Positions 1-13,056 of a stretch of DNA of 64,000 nucleotides are shown here, piece after piece. The notes beneath the pieces were generated by a model. The model saw only the letters and a list, made by a program, of their open reading frames with translations. It did not search any database and was not told the DNA's origin. The position numbers and the translations under genes were made by a program. The stretch spans positions 115,136,001-115,200,000 of the forward strand of contig NC_058368.1 of assembly GCF_018350175.1 (NCBI RefSeq), written 5' to 3'. The stretch is from Felis catus (taxonomy: Eukaryota). Numbering within the stretch: position 1 is the first letter of the stretch; each line of letters starts with the position of its first letter.

Positions 1-113
1 CAGGCTCTGTGCTGATAGCAGGGAGCCTAACGTGGGGCTAGAACTCGTGAACTATGAGATCATGACCTGAGCTGAAGTCTGGCCCTTAACGGACTGAGCC
101 ACCCAGGAACCCC
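1..113 (-). mobile_element. CanSINE (partial, 5' half; cut by window edge)
   Basis: Ends ...ctgagccacccaggaacccc, the reverse complement of the CanSINE head. Confidence 0.9.
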
Positions 114-1734
114 AATAAATAACTGTTAAACCAACGAACAAATCTGATCAAAAAAAAAAAAAAGTTACTGCAATAAAGTCTACTGTGAATTAAAAAAAAA
201 GGCAACCTGGGGTATCTGTGCCAACAAAATGGATGGATCCCCGGTACCAGAGACCTAAAGACATGGCCAATCCAGGGTCCTGAACAAGCATCGAGTCTGC
301 TGTGCCATAACGGACCTAAGCCAGGGCTGGGATTTTTCTGTCCCAATCCGTCCTTATGAAGAGGAGTGATTACTGGGCCATAGGCCAGCCAACTAGGGAG
401 ACTGAGAGTTGACTGTTTGCTGACATAAGCACTAATAATACTTCATGAGCCTTCCTTTCTCACATACTCTAATTTTAAAACCTAAGAACGCACTGCCTCT
501 TTTTGATCCTCCCTCCTCCAAGTTTTCTGGATAACAAAGCCATGGCTCAGAGCCCTGTCATTCCATGCCTGGGGTGGCCACTTGTCAAACCTGGTAGGAG
601 CTCTTAATGGAGCAGCTGCCAGTCTAACAGCCGCAGAGCAACACAGCCCGGAGTCCTAGCGGTTCTGATGCAGATGTAGTTTATCTTTATTACTACAAAG
701 ACAATTCAGGGTGTTATAAATTCTAACATTTAGATAAGCACCTCAATCTCTTCAATATGTTTTCTCATTTGTTATTTCACTGAAGATGAGGAAGAATCAT
801 TCTGCTCACTGCACACCCAGAAGATCTAGCTTCAAAATCTGGGCCCTGCTCAGTATCACACAGGAGAAGGCATCATCAGGGCCCAAGTCTGCAGTTCCCC
901 ATCTAGATCTGGGGCCATAACTTTCCCCAGGCTGCCTTCAGTTTGGGGAGGGACAGGTGGACAGAAACTCAAGGCAGAGGGAGGAAGGGCGGGCATGAGT
1001 AAGGGAACTGTGCCAACACCCTGGCAGAAAAGAGAGAACAGAGCACTGGACAGGCAATGAGAGGACAGGAAACAGAGAAAGGGAGAAATGATGGTTAATA
1101 ACTGAGGAGTCATGTGAGGGGAGGCAAACATACTGCCCTAGGGTACATGGGGCAGACAGAGGCTGTACCTCATAAATAACTCACTATTTTCCAAATACAC
1201 AGTTTAGCTTTTCACAAATCTTGTTTAATAATTCCAATATAGCTGTGAAGAGTCCTAGGGCAGAGCCTGTTTGGGTCCTTGAAGCCTGTGGCTCCTCAAA
1301 GTTTCTAAACAGTGAGTCTAGAACCAAAGTGGACTGGTGAAGTTTCTGGCAAGGGGAGTCCTATCTTCCTCAAAGCTAGCACTTTATTACCCAACTCCCC
1401 ATCACAACTAGAATTAAAGGTTAAGCTGTGTCTCCTTTAATTCCCCTGTGAAATCACAATTCAACACTGTGGTATGATAGCCTGACATACCAGCCCAAAG
1501 CGAGAACCTTGTATTTCTAAAGGCCGATGACTCAGAACATTTATGACTCTTCTGCCAACAGAGCCAAGTTTGGCCTCACGAGGAAAATGGTTCCAGGGCT
1601 GACCTCAAACTAAGTTACGTGATGTTGAAGAAACTTTTTACCCCACCTAGTAACCCATGAAAGCAGAATAGAACGTCACCCTAGAGAGGACCCGCCACCA
1701 GATAACTGGCAGGCTTGCGTGAGAAAAAAATTTT

Positions 1735-1945
1735 GGAGGGCGCCTGGGTGGCTCAGTCGGTCAAGTGTCCAACTTCAGCTTAGGTCATGATCTAGCGGTT
1801 TCTGAGTTCGAGCCCTGCATCGGGTTCTGTGCTGACAGCTCGGAGCCTGGAGCCTGTTTCAGATTCTGTGTCTCGCGCTCTCTCTGCTTCTCCCCTGCTC
1901 ACGCTCTCTCTCTGTCTCAAAAATAAATAAAACATTTAAAAAAAA
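1735..1945 (+). mobile_element. CanSINE (SINEC_Fc-like)
   Basis: gggcgcctgggtggctcagtcgg head, (CT)n region, aaaataaataaa tail. Confidence 0.93.
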
Positions 1946-2545
1946 GTGTTTTTTTTTTTTTTTTTTTTTTTGTCTGGGCCCTGCTAGCCTCCTGGGTACT
2001 CACTGCCCTGTGGATATAAGTTCTCCAGTGATTTTGGCCTTTTATGCTCAACTAAAGTCAGGGCCTATAGAAACCTGATACCTAAAGATCCACCCAAGTA
2101 TGTTAAGTGAGAAAAAAATAAAAGCTGCCAAGATCAGAGCAGGACTGAGTTGGCCACTAACCCCTAGGATCCTTAATCCTTTAAATATCTGCAACGGAAA
2201 AGCTGTTGGAATTCTTGTTTTTCACCCTGGAGAGAAAGACAGGAAAAGGGAAAGAGAACTCAGGCCCACTTTCTCTCTAAGAGGATCACAGACCTGCTAT
2301 TTGAGGCCTGAGAAAGAGTTATGAGCAAAGAAAGAAGATGAAGAGGCCACATCATAATTCCTGCAGATAGAGTATACACTCATCCTCTCTCATCACAAAG
2401 GCAGGCAAAATACTAAAGAAAGAAAGAATGTCTTTTAGCCTAGTTTATAGAGAACAAGGACGCAGTCATGCGTGGGAGGATGCTGAAGATCTGTATCTTG
2501 ATGAGGATCTCAAACAAGCTTTTGATTATGATTACACAGTCTTCC

Positions 2546-3127
2546 TGGGCCACCATCATCCCTAGTCTGAATTACCGCAATAGCCTCCTGTCTGGTTTCC
2601 GTGCTTCTACCCACACCCCCTGCCTCCAGTCTAATTCTTAACAAAATGGGCAGAGGGATCCTTTAAAGCCAAGTCAGAGCATGTTGTTCTTATGCTCAAC
2701 AGCCTTTAATAATGTTCAGTTTCATATTCTTTTCCATGGTCTACAAGGCACCCCATTATCTTCCTCTCATTATCTAAGCTTCATCTACTTCCCTCTCTTC
2801 TTTCAGCTCCAACTACATGGACTTGCTCTGATTCCATAAACACACTACACATGCTCCCACCTTAAGGGTTTGGTACTTGCTGTTTCTCCTGCCTGAGATG
2901 CTCCTTTCCAACACTGCCAGTTCCTTACCAAGATCTACCTTTATTTTCCTATAGCATTTTTCAAATTTAAACACACCATCTATAATTTATTTATGAGTTA
3001 CATTTATTATCTATCTGTCTCTGCTATACGGTAAGCTCCAATTTTGCTCACTATATGTATTTTAAGTGCCTGTAACAGGTCTTGGTACTTAACTGGCATT
3101 CAACAAATTAATTTATTGAATAATAAA
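2546..3127 (+). mobile_element. L2 LINE 3' fragment
   Basis: caccatcatc...aatagcctcctg..tggt motif and ...caacaaatta atttattgaat terminus typical of L2. Confidence 0.65.
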
Positions 3128-3214
3128 CAGGTTCTCTTGGCTCCTTCTCCTTAGATCTACCTAAGCCCTTCTGAGCTTCATTCAAATGATACCAGTATCC
3201 TGGAAGAGGCAGAG

Positions 3215-3470
3215 TGACCAAAAGGTGAAGAGCACAGTTTTGGGTCAGACAGACCTTACTGCAGATCCCAGCTCTAGCACTCACTAACTGGGTGAACGTG
3301 GGCAATCTCAGATGTGACCTGTGTCTTACTTGCCTCAGTTATAAAATGGAACTAATAACAACACCCACTCAAAAGACAGCTGTGGAAGCCAATGAAATGA
3401 TGTGTACAAAGTACTTGAGTAAGTGGCTTGTCTGTGGTAATGCTCAATAAATATTAACCATTATAATTAT
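3215..3470 (+). mobile_element. MIR SINE
   Basis: MIR core (gcctcagtt..taaaatgg..taataac) and 3' end tgctcaataaatatt. Confidence 0.75.
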
Positions 3471-3706
3471 GGCCCAAGTGTGATCAGTCCTTTCCCTGCT
3501 ACAAACTCTCTAACGAGTCTTAAAATTAAGGATAAAATCATAAAGAGCCTGCTATTCCCAACTCCACCTCTCTGAAACTCTAACTTTTTCACTTTAGGTA
3601 TGCTATCCTATCTAGTATTTCCCAGGTCCTCAGTCTCACCAAGCACTCTCTTCTCTACCTTAGACTCTTTGTACATGTTATTTCCCCTGCCTAAAGTAAT
3701 CTGATC

Positions 3707-3900
3707 CAAGGGTTGGCAAACTTTTCCAAAGGGGCTGACAGTAATTATTTGTGGCTTTTGTGAACCATAGGGTTTCTGACACAACTATTAAACTCTGCAT
3801 TGTACCATAAAAATAGCCCCCAACAATAGAATACATTAAAAAACAGGTGTGGCTGTGTCCCAATAAAACTTTATCTACAAAAGCCTTTTTCAACACCTCT
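3707..3900 (+). mobile_element. MER58A-like hAT-Charlie MITE
   Basis: caagggttggcaaactttt start; ggctgtgtcccaataaaactttat internal motif. Confidence 0.7.
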
Positions 3901-4259
3901 AACTAGGCTAAGTTCCCTATTATATACTTCCACATTACACTCTGGAGCCATTATCACAATCTTAAATTTGAATTATCTCATTATTAAATTTTTCATTCTT
4001 CAATTGTTGTCTATTTTGCCTCTGCTGTATCATCACTGTTGAAAAAATAATGGAGGTTAACATTCCCAATGAAAAAGAGATTAGCCCTCCCTTCTAGAAT
4101 TTATCTTACTATAATAGCTATTGGTCTAGGTTAAAAGTACTATATGCCCTGAGAGAGAAGTAAAGATGTTGATGCTATTTCCTTAGGATTCAGGGCAAGG
4201 AGGTTTGTTGTCAGAGAGGTTAGTTAAAAGTCAGATTTATGGACAAAGAAATACATTAC

Positions 4260-4451
4260 CTGATGGACATAATATTCAAGATCAAAGAGTGCAGCAATCT
4301 TCTCTTCTAGGCTGGAGCTGGAACTATTGAATTTGTTGATCAGCCGTACCATGATCTGCATGTCAGTCTCAATGACAACATTCAGCTCCTCAAAGTCCTT
4401 CTTCAGCTCCTCAATGGGGCGAAAGAGCCGTTTAATCTTGGCCTGTCTTGC
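4260..4451 (-). CDS. SIL1: SIL1 internal coding exon (probable exon 6), 192 nt, phase 0-0
   Basis: Reverse complement reads ttag|GCA AGA CAG...GTC CAT CAG|gtaatg and translates to [64 protein letters not shown], recognisable as SIL1; canonical splice sites. Confidence 0.97.
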
Positions 4452-5016
4452 CTAAGCAGATAATTGAAGCAAAGAGATAATTAGGTCAATTGGAGACATT
4501 TCCCCAAGACTCTTGTGGTCTACCATGGATGCCCATTTTCAAACAACTACTGCTCCAGAATTCAAAACCCTCTTTCATCTGTACTATCCAAAAATCCTAC
4601 CACAGGAATATCTCATCTTATTGCACTTCACTTTGCCACACTTAGAGATAATACTTTTTTTACAAATTTAAAGTCTGTGGTAACCTGCATTTAGCAAGGC
4701 TATCAGCACCATTTTCCCAACAACATTTGCTCATTTTGTGTCTGTCACATTTTGGTAATTCTTGGACTATATCAAACTTTTTCATTATTATTGTATTTGT
4801 TACTGTGCTCTATGATTAGTGGTTTTTGAGATTACTACTGTAACTGTTTTGGGTTAACAAACCACACCCATATGACAGTGAACTTAAGTGATCAATGTTA
4901 TGTATGTTCTGAATGTTCCACTGACAGGCAATTCCCCCATCTCTCTACCTCTCTTCGGGCCTCCTTATTTCCTGAGACACAGTGATAATAAAATCAGGCC
5001 AATTAATAACCTTACA

Positions 5017-6650
5017 ATGGGTTCTTAAGTGTTCGAGTGAAAGCAAGAGTCTCACGTCTCATTTTAAATAAAAATCTAGAAATGATCAAGCTTAGTAAGG
5101 AAGGCACATCAAAAGAAGAGATAGCAAAAGACAAGCCTCTTGTGCCAAACAATTAGCCAAGGTGGGAATGCCAAGAGTTCCTGAAGGAAATTCAAAGCGC
5201 TACTCTAGTGAACACAGGAACAATAAGAAAGCAAAACAGTCTTATTGCTGATATGGAGAAAGTTTTAGCGCTCTGGATAAAAGATCAAACCAGTCACAAC
5301 ATTTCCTTAAGCCAAAGCCTAATCCAGAGGAAGGCCCTAAACTCACTTTAATTCTATGAATGCTGAGAGAGGTGAAGAATCTGCAGAAGAAAAACTTAGA
5401 GGCTAGCGGAGATTGGTTCATGAGGCTTAAGAAAACAAGCCACCTCCATAACATACAAGTGCAAGGTGAAGCAAAAGTGCTGATATAGAAGATGCAGCAA
5501 GTTTTCCAGAAGATATAGCTAATTCATGAAGGTGGCTATATTCAGCAACAGATTTGCAATGTAGATGAAATAGCCCTCTATTGGAAGAAGATGCCATCTA
5601 GGACTTATATAGTTAGAGAGGAGAAATCAATGCCTGGCTTCAAAGCACAGGCTGATTTTCTTGTTAGGGGCTAATGTAGCTGGTGACTTTAAGTTGAAAC
5701 CAGTGTTTATTTACTTCTAAAAATCCAAGGCCCCTAAGAATTAAGCTAAATCTATCAGGCCTGTATTCTATAAATAGAACAAAGCCTGAATGACAGCATG
5801 TCTGTTTACAACATGGTTTACTCAATTATGTTGAGACCACTGTTGAGACATACTGCTCAGGAAAAAAAAATTCCTTTCAAAACATTATTGCTTATGGACA
5901 ATGCACCTGGTCACCCAAGAGCTCTGATGGAGAGGTACAACGAGATTAATGTTGTTTTCATGCCTGCTAACATAACATCTATTCTGCAGCCCATGGATCA
6001 AGGATTCACTTCAACTTTTAAGTTCCAATTAGAATATTAAGAAAATACATTTTGTAAGTCTATAGCTGCCATAGGTAATGATTCTCCTAATGGAACTGGG
6101 CCAAGTAAATTGAAAACCTGTTGGAAAGGATTCACAGTTCTAGATACCATTAAGAACATTGTTGATTTATGAGAAGAGGTCAAAAAATCAACATTCACGG
6201 GAGTTTGGAAAAAGGAGGTTCCAGCTCTCATGGATGAATGTGAGGAGATCAAGACCTCAGTGGAAGAAGTCACTGCAGATGTGGGAGAAATATCTAGAGC
6301 ATCAGAATTAGAAGTGGAGCCTGAAGATGTGACTAAACTGTTACAATAGGATGATGAAACTTTAGCAAATGAGGAGTCACTTCTCACGGATGAGCAGAGA
6401 CAGTGGTTGCCTGACATGGAATCTACTCCTGGTGAATGTGCTGTAAAGAAAGTTGAAAAATGCCAACAAAGGATTTAGAATATTCCGTAAACTTAGTTGA
6501 TAAAAGAGCAGCACGGTTTGAGAGAACTGACTCCCAATTTTTTGAGACAAGTTCTACTGTGGGTAGAATGTTATCAAACAGCATCACATGCTACAAAGAA
6601 ACTGTTCATGAAATTCTTCAATGTGGCAAACTTCACTTACTGTAAGAAAC
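5017..6650 (+). pseudogene. Decayed Tigger1 transposase (TIGD1-like), multiple stops and frameshifts
   Basis: ATG at 5017 followed by KCSSESKS- and LEMIKLS-like segments; DDE-domain fragment in ORF 5798-6040; frame broken repeatedly. Confidence 0.85.
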
Positions 6651-6789
6651 TGCCACAGCCACCCTAAAATTCAGTGGCCACTATCCTCATCAGTCAAGCA
6701 GCCATCAGCATTGAGGCAGGACAGTCCCCAAGCAAAAGGATTACAACTCACTAAAAGCTCAGGTGGTTGGCATTTTTCAGCAATAAGCT

Positions 6790-7007
6790 CCTTTTTTAAA
6801 AACATTTTTTAAGTTCATTTTTTTATTTTTGAGAGAGAGAACAAGCAAGGGAGGGGCAGAGAAAGAAAAGGAGGCACAGAATCCGAAGCAGGCTCCAGGC
6901 CCCGAGCTGTCAGCACAGAGCCTGACGCAGGGCTCGAACCCACAAACCTTGAGATCATGACCCGAGCCAAAGTCATGCACCCAACCAACTGAGCCACTCA
7001 GGCGCCC
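6790..7007 (-). mobile_element. CanSINE inserted into Tigger1
   Basis: Reverse SINE flanked by the direct repeat cagcaataa. Confidence 0.92.
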
Positions 7008-8807
7008 CAGCAATAAAGTTTTTTTGAACTAAGGTATGTATATTGGTTTTTTTAGACATAATACTATCCTACACTTAACAGAGTACAGTATAAAATAAAC
7101 ATAACTTTTATATGCCCTGGGAAACCAAAAAATTAATCCAACTTGCTTTATTGCAGTGGCCTAGAACCAAACCCACAGTATCTCCAAGGTACACCTGTAC
7201 CTTCTAGGATACCCACATAAGACAGCCCTCAGAGTCTAACCATATAGACCTCTGCCCCAAAACACACGATTTTCCAAGGCTCACTTATACCAGTCTGACT
7301 TACAATGTTCAAAAAGAATGGAAAGTCTTCTTGTTGCAATCACTGAAGTCAAGGGAAGCAATGAAAGCTCACCTTCAACCCCTAACCTCACACGAAAAGG
7401 CTGAGGTTTAAGGTCAAATTATCTGTACCTTGCTTCTCTATCTTCTACAATGACTGAATACCTTCACTTTGCCCTGCCCAATCCAGCAACATTTTAGGGA
7501 AACCGGACATAGGAAACTGTGGGTAAAGAGCTACCAGAGTGGGAGCAATCTGCTGATGAAAATTAGATCACTGTCATTACTGTCAATCTAACTACAGGTG
7601 TACAATTTGTTCAACTGTCTGAAGTGGCTAAATTACTGTATGTACTACACTCAAGTCTCAATTTTCTCTCAACCCCTCCCCACTGTACACACATACAAAA
7701 GTTTTAAAAACGAAGTTATGTTGGAGGTGAATAAAAGACTTCAATTAGATACTTTACACATGTGACACTCCTGTTTACTTCCCAATTTTAGAGGATAGTG
7801 TTCATAAAGAGAGTCTGAAAGATCACAGTGGTTTTGAGTCTCTATCTTCCAAGAAAAATTAAAAGGCACGAATATTTATAAAAAGCAGAATGATGAATAG
7901 CTGTCGGCTCCAAACTGCTCATCCATTACCTATGGGTTTTCTCCCCAGTTATAAGTACTCCATAGAAACACCAACCAAAGAAATGAATCAGCCTCTCTTA
8001 AAAAAAAGACCAAGCTCCTAGCAGAGCAATCACATCTAAGGGATGTCATATCCTGTTTCTTTGGGTTAAAACAAGAATGAAATGCTTCCCCTACACCCAG
8101 CTAAAGGACCCTGGATGGCCGCCAAAGGAAGGGCAAAGAGGTCCAAGGAAGCTGAGTCACTGCCTAGAGCTGTTGGATGACAGGCAAGTGAGCAGGGTAA
8201 GAAACAAGGCTCCTCTACCTCACAAAAGTGATGTGCACCTGGTCCTCAGGAAGGCCTTTAAAGCAACAATAACTTTTTATTTTGCAATAATTATAAGATC
8301 ACAGAAAATGAGAAAAATAATATAGGAGTACCATGTACCCTTTGTTCAGCTTCCCCCAATGGTAACATCTTACCTAACAACAGTATGCTAACAGAACCAA
8401 GAAAATAACAAAGGTACAATACTGTTAACTAGACTATAAGCCTTATTCAGACTTTATCAGCTTTTACATGTACACATTTGCTTATATGCACATGTGTATT
8501 ATTCTACGCAGTTTTATCCAATGTATACATTCATGTATCCACCAGAACAATCAGGCTACTGAACTATTCCACCACCACCAAACAACTCCATTGAGCTACC
8601 CCTTTATAAGCTGCACCTCATCCTCCCACCCATCCCTGTGCCCTGGCAACCACTAATTTTTTCTACATATCCATAATTCTGGCATTTGAGGAATGTTATA
8701 AAGATGGACTCACACAGTCTGTAATCTTTTGAGATAGGTTTTTTTTTATCTGAACATAATGCACTTGAGATCTATCCAAGTTATCACACATATCAATGGT
8801 TCATTTA

Positions 8808-9024
8808 TTTTTTTTTAAGTCTATTTATTTTTTGAGAGAGATAGAGAACATGTGAAAGAGAGAGAGCACCCACATGGGAGAGGGGCAGAAAGAGATAATC
8901 ACAAGTAGGCTCTATCCTGTCAGAGCGGAGCCCGAAGTGGGGCTTGAACTCACGAATTGCGAGACCATGACCTTAGTAGAAATCAAGAGTGAGATGCTTA
9001 AAAGACTGAGTCACCCAGGTGCCC
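8808..9024 (-). mobile_element. CanSINE
   Basis: Reverse SINE; TSD caatgg(t/a)tcatttattt. Confidence 0.9.
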
Positions 9025-9171
9025 CAATGGATCATTTATTTTTAATGCTGAGTAGCATTCCACTCTATAGGTATACAGTTTGCTTAACCATTTACCTGTT
9101 GAACATTTGAGATGTTTCCAGGTATTGGCTATTATGAATAAAATCACATGAATATTTGTATAAAGGCTTTC

Positions 9172-9195
9172 TAAAAAATGTTTACTTTTTTTGAG

Positions 9196-9255
<60 letters not shown>

Positions 9256-9382
9256 TCCCAAGCAGGCTTGGCATTGCCAGTACAGAGCCCAATGTGGGGC
9301 TCAAACTCACAAACCGTGACACCATGACCTAAGCTGAAATCAAGAGTCAGATGCTTAACCAACCGAGGCAACCAGGTGCCCC
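9172..9382 (-). mobile_element. CanSINE with long (GA)n
   Basis: Reverse SINE; TSD tgtataaagg; (GA)n at about 9200-9250. Confidence 0.9.
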
Positions 9383-9826
9383 TGTATAAAGGTTTTTTAT
9401 ATAAATTTAAGTTCTTATTTCTCCAGGATAAATGCCCACAAGCATAACTACTGGGTCATATGATAAGCATATGTTTGGTTTTATAAGAAACTGCCTGTTT
9501 TCCACAGTGACTGTACCATTTTACATTCTCACCAACAATGTGTGAAAGACCCAGTTTCTCCACATCCCCACTAGTATTTAATATTACCATTTATTGTTGT
9601 AGGTATTCTAATAAATGCATAGTGTTACCTCATTAAGGATTTAATTTGCATTTCTCCAAAATCTAACGACATTAAACATCTTCTCAAGTGCTTATCTGCC
9701 ATCCACAAATCTTAGGTGAAATGTCTGTCTGTTCGTTTCCTTTGCTCATTCTCTAAATACGTTGTTGTTTTTACTGCTGAGCTTTTAGAGTTCTTTACAG
9801 TCTAGATACAAGTCTTTAATCAGACA

Positions 9827-10275
9827 CAGTCTTTGCTTTGCACCAAACTTAAACATGCCAAATTCAAGGACTATAGTTTAGCTAACACCATTCTCCCAAC
9901 ACTACCCAAATTTCAGTTACTACCGATTTCAGTTAACTACAATTGCATCAACTACAAACTTTGCTGCTAGCTCCTCAGTCCACAAATCACTACATATAAC
10001 ATAAATGCTCATGATGATGAGTGGCTGATCACACTACTTCTTTCGAAGTCTGACTGGTCACTGTGGATTCATTACTCAGTTCATACAGAGATGTCAAGTG
10101 TGTAGTTGTAGGACTTCATCATCCTCTAATGATAAATCCATGTAACATTTCATAAAAACGGATAATCAAAAGAAAGAACTGGCCAAGAAAGATCAAAGTG
10201 TAGCAAAGAAATAAATAGTGGTAATTCTGATAGTAAAATTCATATTGAACATATATGTAGTTGCAGAATAAGTCA
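9827..10275 (+). mobile_element. Tigger-family non-autonomous element fragment (Tigger8-like)
   Basis: cagtctttgctttgcac start, aaatttcagttactac and ctgctagctcctcagtccacaaatcactac motifs recalled from an old Tigger consensus. Confidence 0.55.
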
Positions 10276-10299
10276 TAATTTTTGCTTCAACTATCCAAC

Positions 10300-13056
10300 A
10301 TTTTTAAAACATAAGAGAAAGTCTATACTTTCTTCCCTTATTTTGATACATTTCATTGTTCTTTTCTTCTTCCTGATGTTTCCAGTTTCTTTCTGCTATT
10401 ATTTCCTTTCTATTTGGAGAATATTCTTTAGTCATTCTTTTAGGTAGGTCTGCTGGTTACAAATTCTTTTAATTTTCTTTTGTGCAAGAATACCTTGATT
10501 TCTTTTTCACTCATGAGAATATTTTCATTGGGTATAAAATTCTAAGGTTATAATTTTTTTTTTCAGCACTTGAAAAATACTGTGCCACATAGTCTGGTCT
10601 CTGTGGTATCAAATGAAAAATGCACTGTCAATCATTGTTCCAGCAGTATATTGTTTCTAACTAGCTGCTTTCAACATTTTTTCTGTATTTCATTTTCAGG
10701 AGGTTGACTGTGAAGAGTCATGGTGTTGATTTCTCTGAGTTTATCCTACTGAAAATTCATTCAGTTTCAAGAATCCATTCATTTATGCTCTTGACCATAT
10801 TTGGGGATTTTTCCATCTTTTTTTTTAAAACTTTTTTTTAATGTTTATTTATTTTTGAGAGAGAGAGCGAGCTGGAAAGGGGCAGACAGAAAAGGAGACA
10901 CAGAATCTGAAGCAGGCTCCAGGCTCCAAGCTGTCAGCACAGAGCCCGACAAGGGGCTCAAACTCATGAACCGTGAGATCAAAGTCAGACGTTAACCAAC
11001 CGAGCCACGTAGGCGCCCCCCCACCATCTTTATTTCTTAGTTTATGTCTTCATTATTTTTCAGTACTCTTTCTCTTTTCCTAAGACTCCAATGGCAGAAA
11101 TATTAGATCTTTTCTTATAATCACACAAGTCCCTAAGTCTCTGTTCACTGTTTTTCCTATTCATTTTCTCTGCTATTTAGACTTTTTAGTAATTTCTGTC
11201 AAGTTCACTGGTTCTTCTCTCTCTTCCCTATTCTGCTACTGAGCCCATTCAATGTTTTTAAACAATTTTGGTTGTATTTTTCCAGTTCTAAAAATTCCAT
11301 TTGATTCTTTTTTACATCATCTAGTTCTTTGCTGAGGTTGTCATTTGTTTCAAGAGTTTTCACAATTGTTTGTTGAACCACTTTTATGTTAACTGCTTTG
11401 AAATCTTTGTAATTCAAAACTTCTGTGTCCTCTCACTTTTGGCATTTGTTAATTGTCTTTCCTAATTCACGGTTTGATGTTCTTAGTTCTTGGTATGGTG
11501 AGGGTTGTTTTATTTTGTTTTTGTTTTTTTTTTTATCCTGGACATTTTAGGTATCAAGTTTTACAACTATGAAGCCTATTCAATCTTCTTTTTCAGCAGG
11601 CAGTTACAATGTTTACATTTAATATGCTGATTCTGTCCTTCTTGTATCACTGTAACTGTAAGACAGTTTCGTTTCCAGACCCTTTACAGTGTTATTTTGG
11701 TCTGTTTCCTTTATGTGCTACCCAGAGGCTCATCTAAAAACCTGGCAGTGTTCCACAACTTAGTTCAGTTCTCAAATCTTCTGCTATGTTAATTCTGGTC
11801 AGTTTCTCATGTGGGTCACTAGAGAGTTGCCCAGAACTTCATTTGTGAAATCCCTTTCCCCAGCTCCCTTTTCTCCAAAATCCTACCACCAGTTACTAGT
11901 TAGGAGGAAGAACAACATCACCTGCTGCCAGTGGACACTCTACATTGGTCTTTCCTTAGCTTCTATATCACCTGGGTGGGGGAAGTGAAACACTTCTTCA
12001 TTGCTGCTGGTCTGAGGGTGGAAGTTTGGGCTTATCACTTACCCTCACTGACACTGCCCCAGAGTGGGGAGCAGAATGATGCCTCACACTATGTCAGTGC
12101 CACCAAGGAGAAGGTAGGACTATAGATTCTCCATTCACCACCACCTTCTAGACACCACCCCTCCTCCATCTCTGCTCCCCCATCCTCCCACCTCTGCCAA
12201 CACACACAATGGCATCACCTCAGCTCCAAGTGAAAAACCACCTTGGTAGTGTCAGGCAGGGGAAGACATTCAAGTACATTTCTTGGTGTCTCAAGACACC
12301 ATCCCAACAGGAGAACCAGCCTGCTACTTCCATGTGGAGGGTGGGAAACCAGGCTCCTCACTTGGTGTCTGCAGGTAACACACCAGCACGAGAAGCAGGA
12401 AACAGTCTTCTACCACTGGGCAGAGGGGAGAAATTCCAGCTGTCTGTTCAATCATTGAATCCAGCTCTCTGTTCAATCTTGGTCAAGATAGCAGAGCACT
12501 GCATCACATCATCTCATTGCCATCGGTAGGGGGGTCTAAGTTCAGCCTCTCTGCTTGGCTTCTGCTGAGACCATTCTGGTGGAGGAGTAAGAGTGCAGCC
12601 TGCTACCACCAAGTGGAAGATGGACATTCAAGTTCCTCATTCAACTTCCACTGGTACTAAGGGTGGGATGGGACATTTCCATTGTTTTTGGCTAAAGTAG
12701 CCAAAAGTACTGTCAAAAAGGGTTTTGTTCTATTTGGCTGCCCTTTTCCTAGTGATTTCTCTAGAAAGACCAGGTCTTCTTTAGGGCTTTTTCTATCTGC
12801 ACCTGTTAGCATTTCCTGGGTGTGGGCTCCTCCAATACCCACTCTGAGATATACAAAGGGACTCAGTCCCAAGGAACTCAGTGTTGTGTCATTCTTCCAG
12901 TTCTAAGGTCCCTCCCTAGCCAGTCTGCTTTCTTCTTCCCACCTTGTAGAGTCTTCTAATATTTGCTTTCAGTATTACGCCCAAGGTTTTTAGTTGTTCT
13001 TAGCAGGAGAAATAGTAAGAAATGAATCTACTTTATCTTGTCCAGAATCAAAAGTC
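10300..13056 (-). mobile_element. Old L1M 5' UTR plus ORF1 remnant
   Basis: ORF 11205-11417(-) resembles the L1 ORF1 coiled coil (LSKELDDVKKNQMEFLELEK...LNGLSSRI); the element ends in an L1M-like 5' terminus gactttt.attctggacaagat.aagtaga. Confidence 0.72.
10820..11020 (-). mobile_element. CanSINE
   Basis: Reverse SINE; TSD ccatcttt. Confidence 0.9.

Larger units (their letters stand above)
4603..7197 (+). mobile_element. Near full-length Tigger1 (TcMar-Tigger) DNA transposon, interrupted by a CanSINE
   Basis: Degenerate TIRs caggaatatctc (4603) and aaggtacacctg (7197) followed by TA; internal pogo/CENP-B-type transposase remnants, e.g. [17 protein letters not shown]...[16 protein letters not shown]. 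Confidence 0.92.
8268..9825 (-). mobile_element. Old L1M 3' end (3' UTR plus end of ORF2), interrupted by two SINEs
   Basis: ttcccccaatggtaacatct and ttccacagtgactgtaccattttacattctcaccaacaatg motifs of antisense L1M 3' ends. Confidence 0.8.

Noticed and set aside
1..4259. Next downstream SIL1 exon (expected to begin MDNAQDLL...)
   Set aside because: Not found by eye on the minus strand; it probably lies before the window start.
5798..6040. ORF similar to TIGD1/CENP-B-type protein as a possible domesticated gene
   Set aside because: It is a fragment of a Tigger1 transposase broken by many stops and frameshifts between TIRs.
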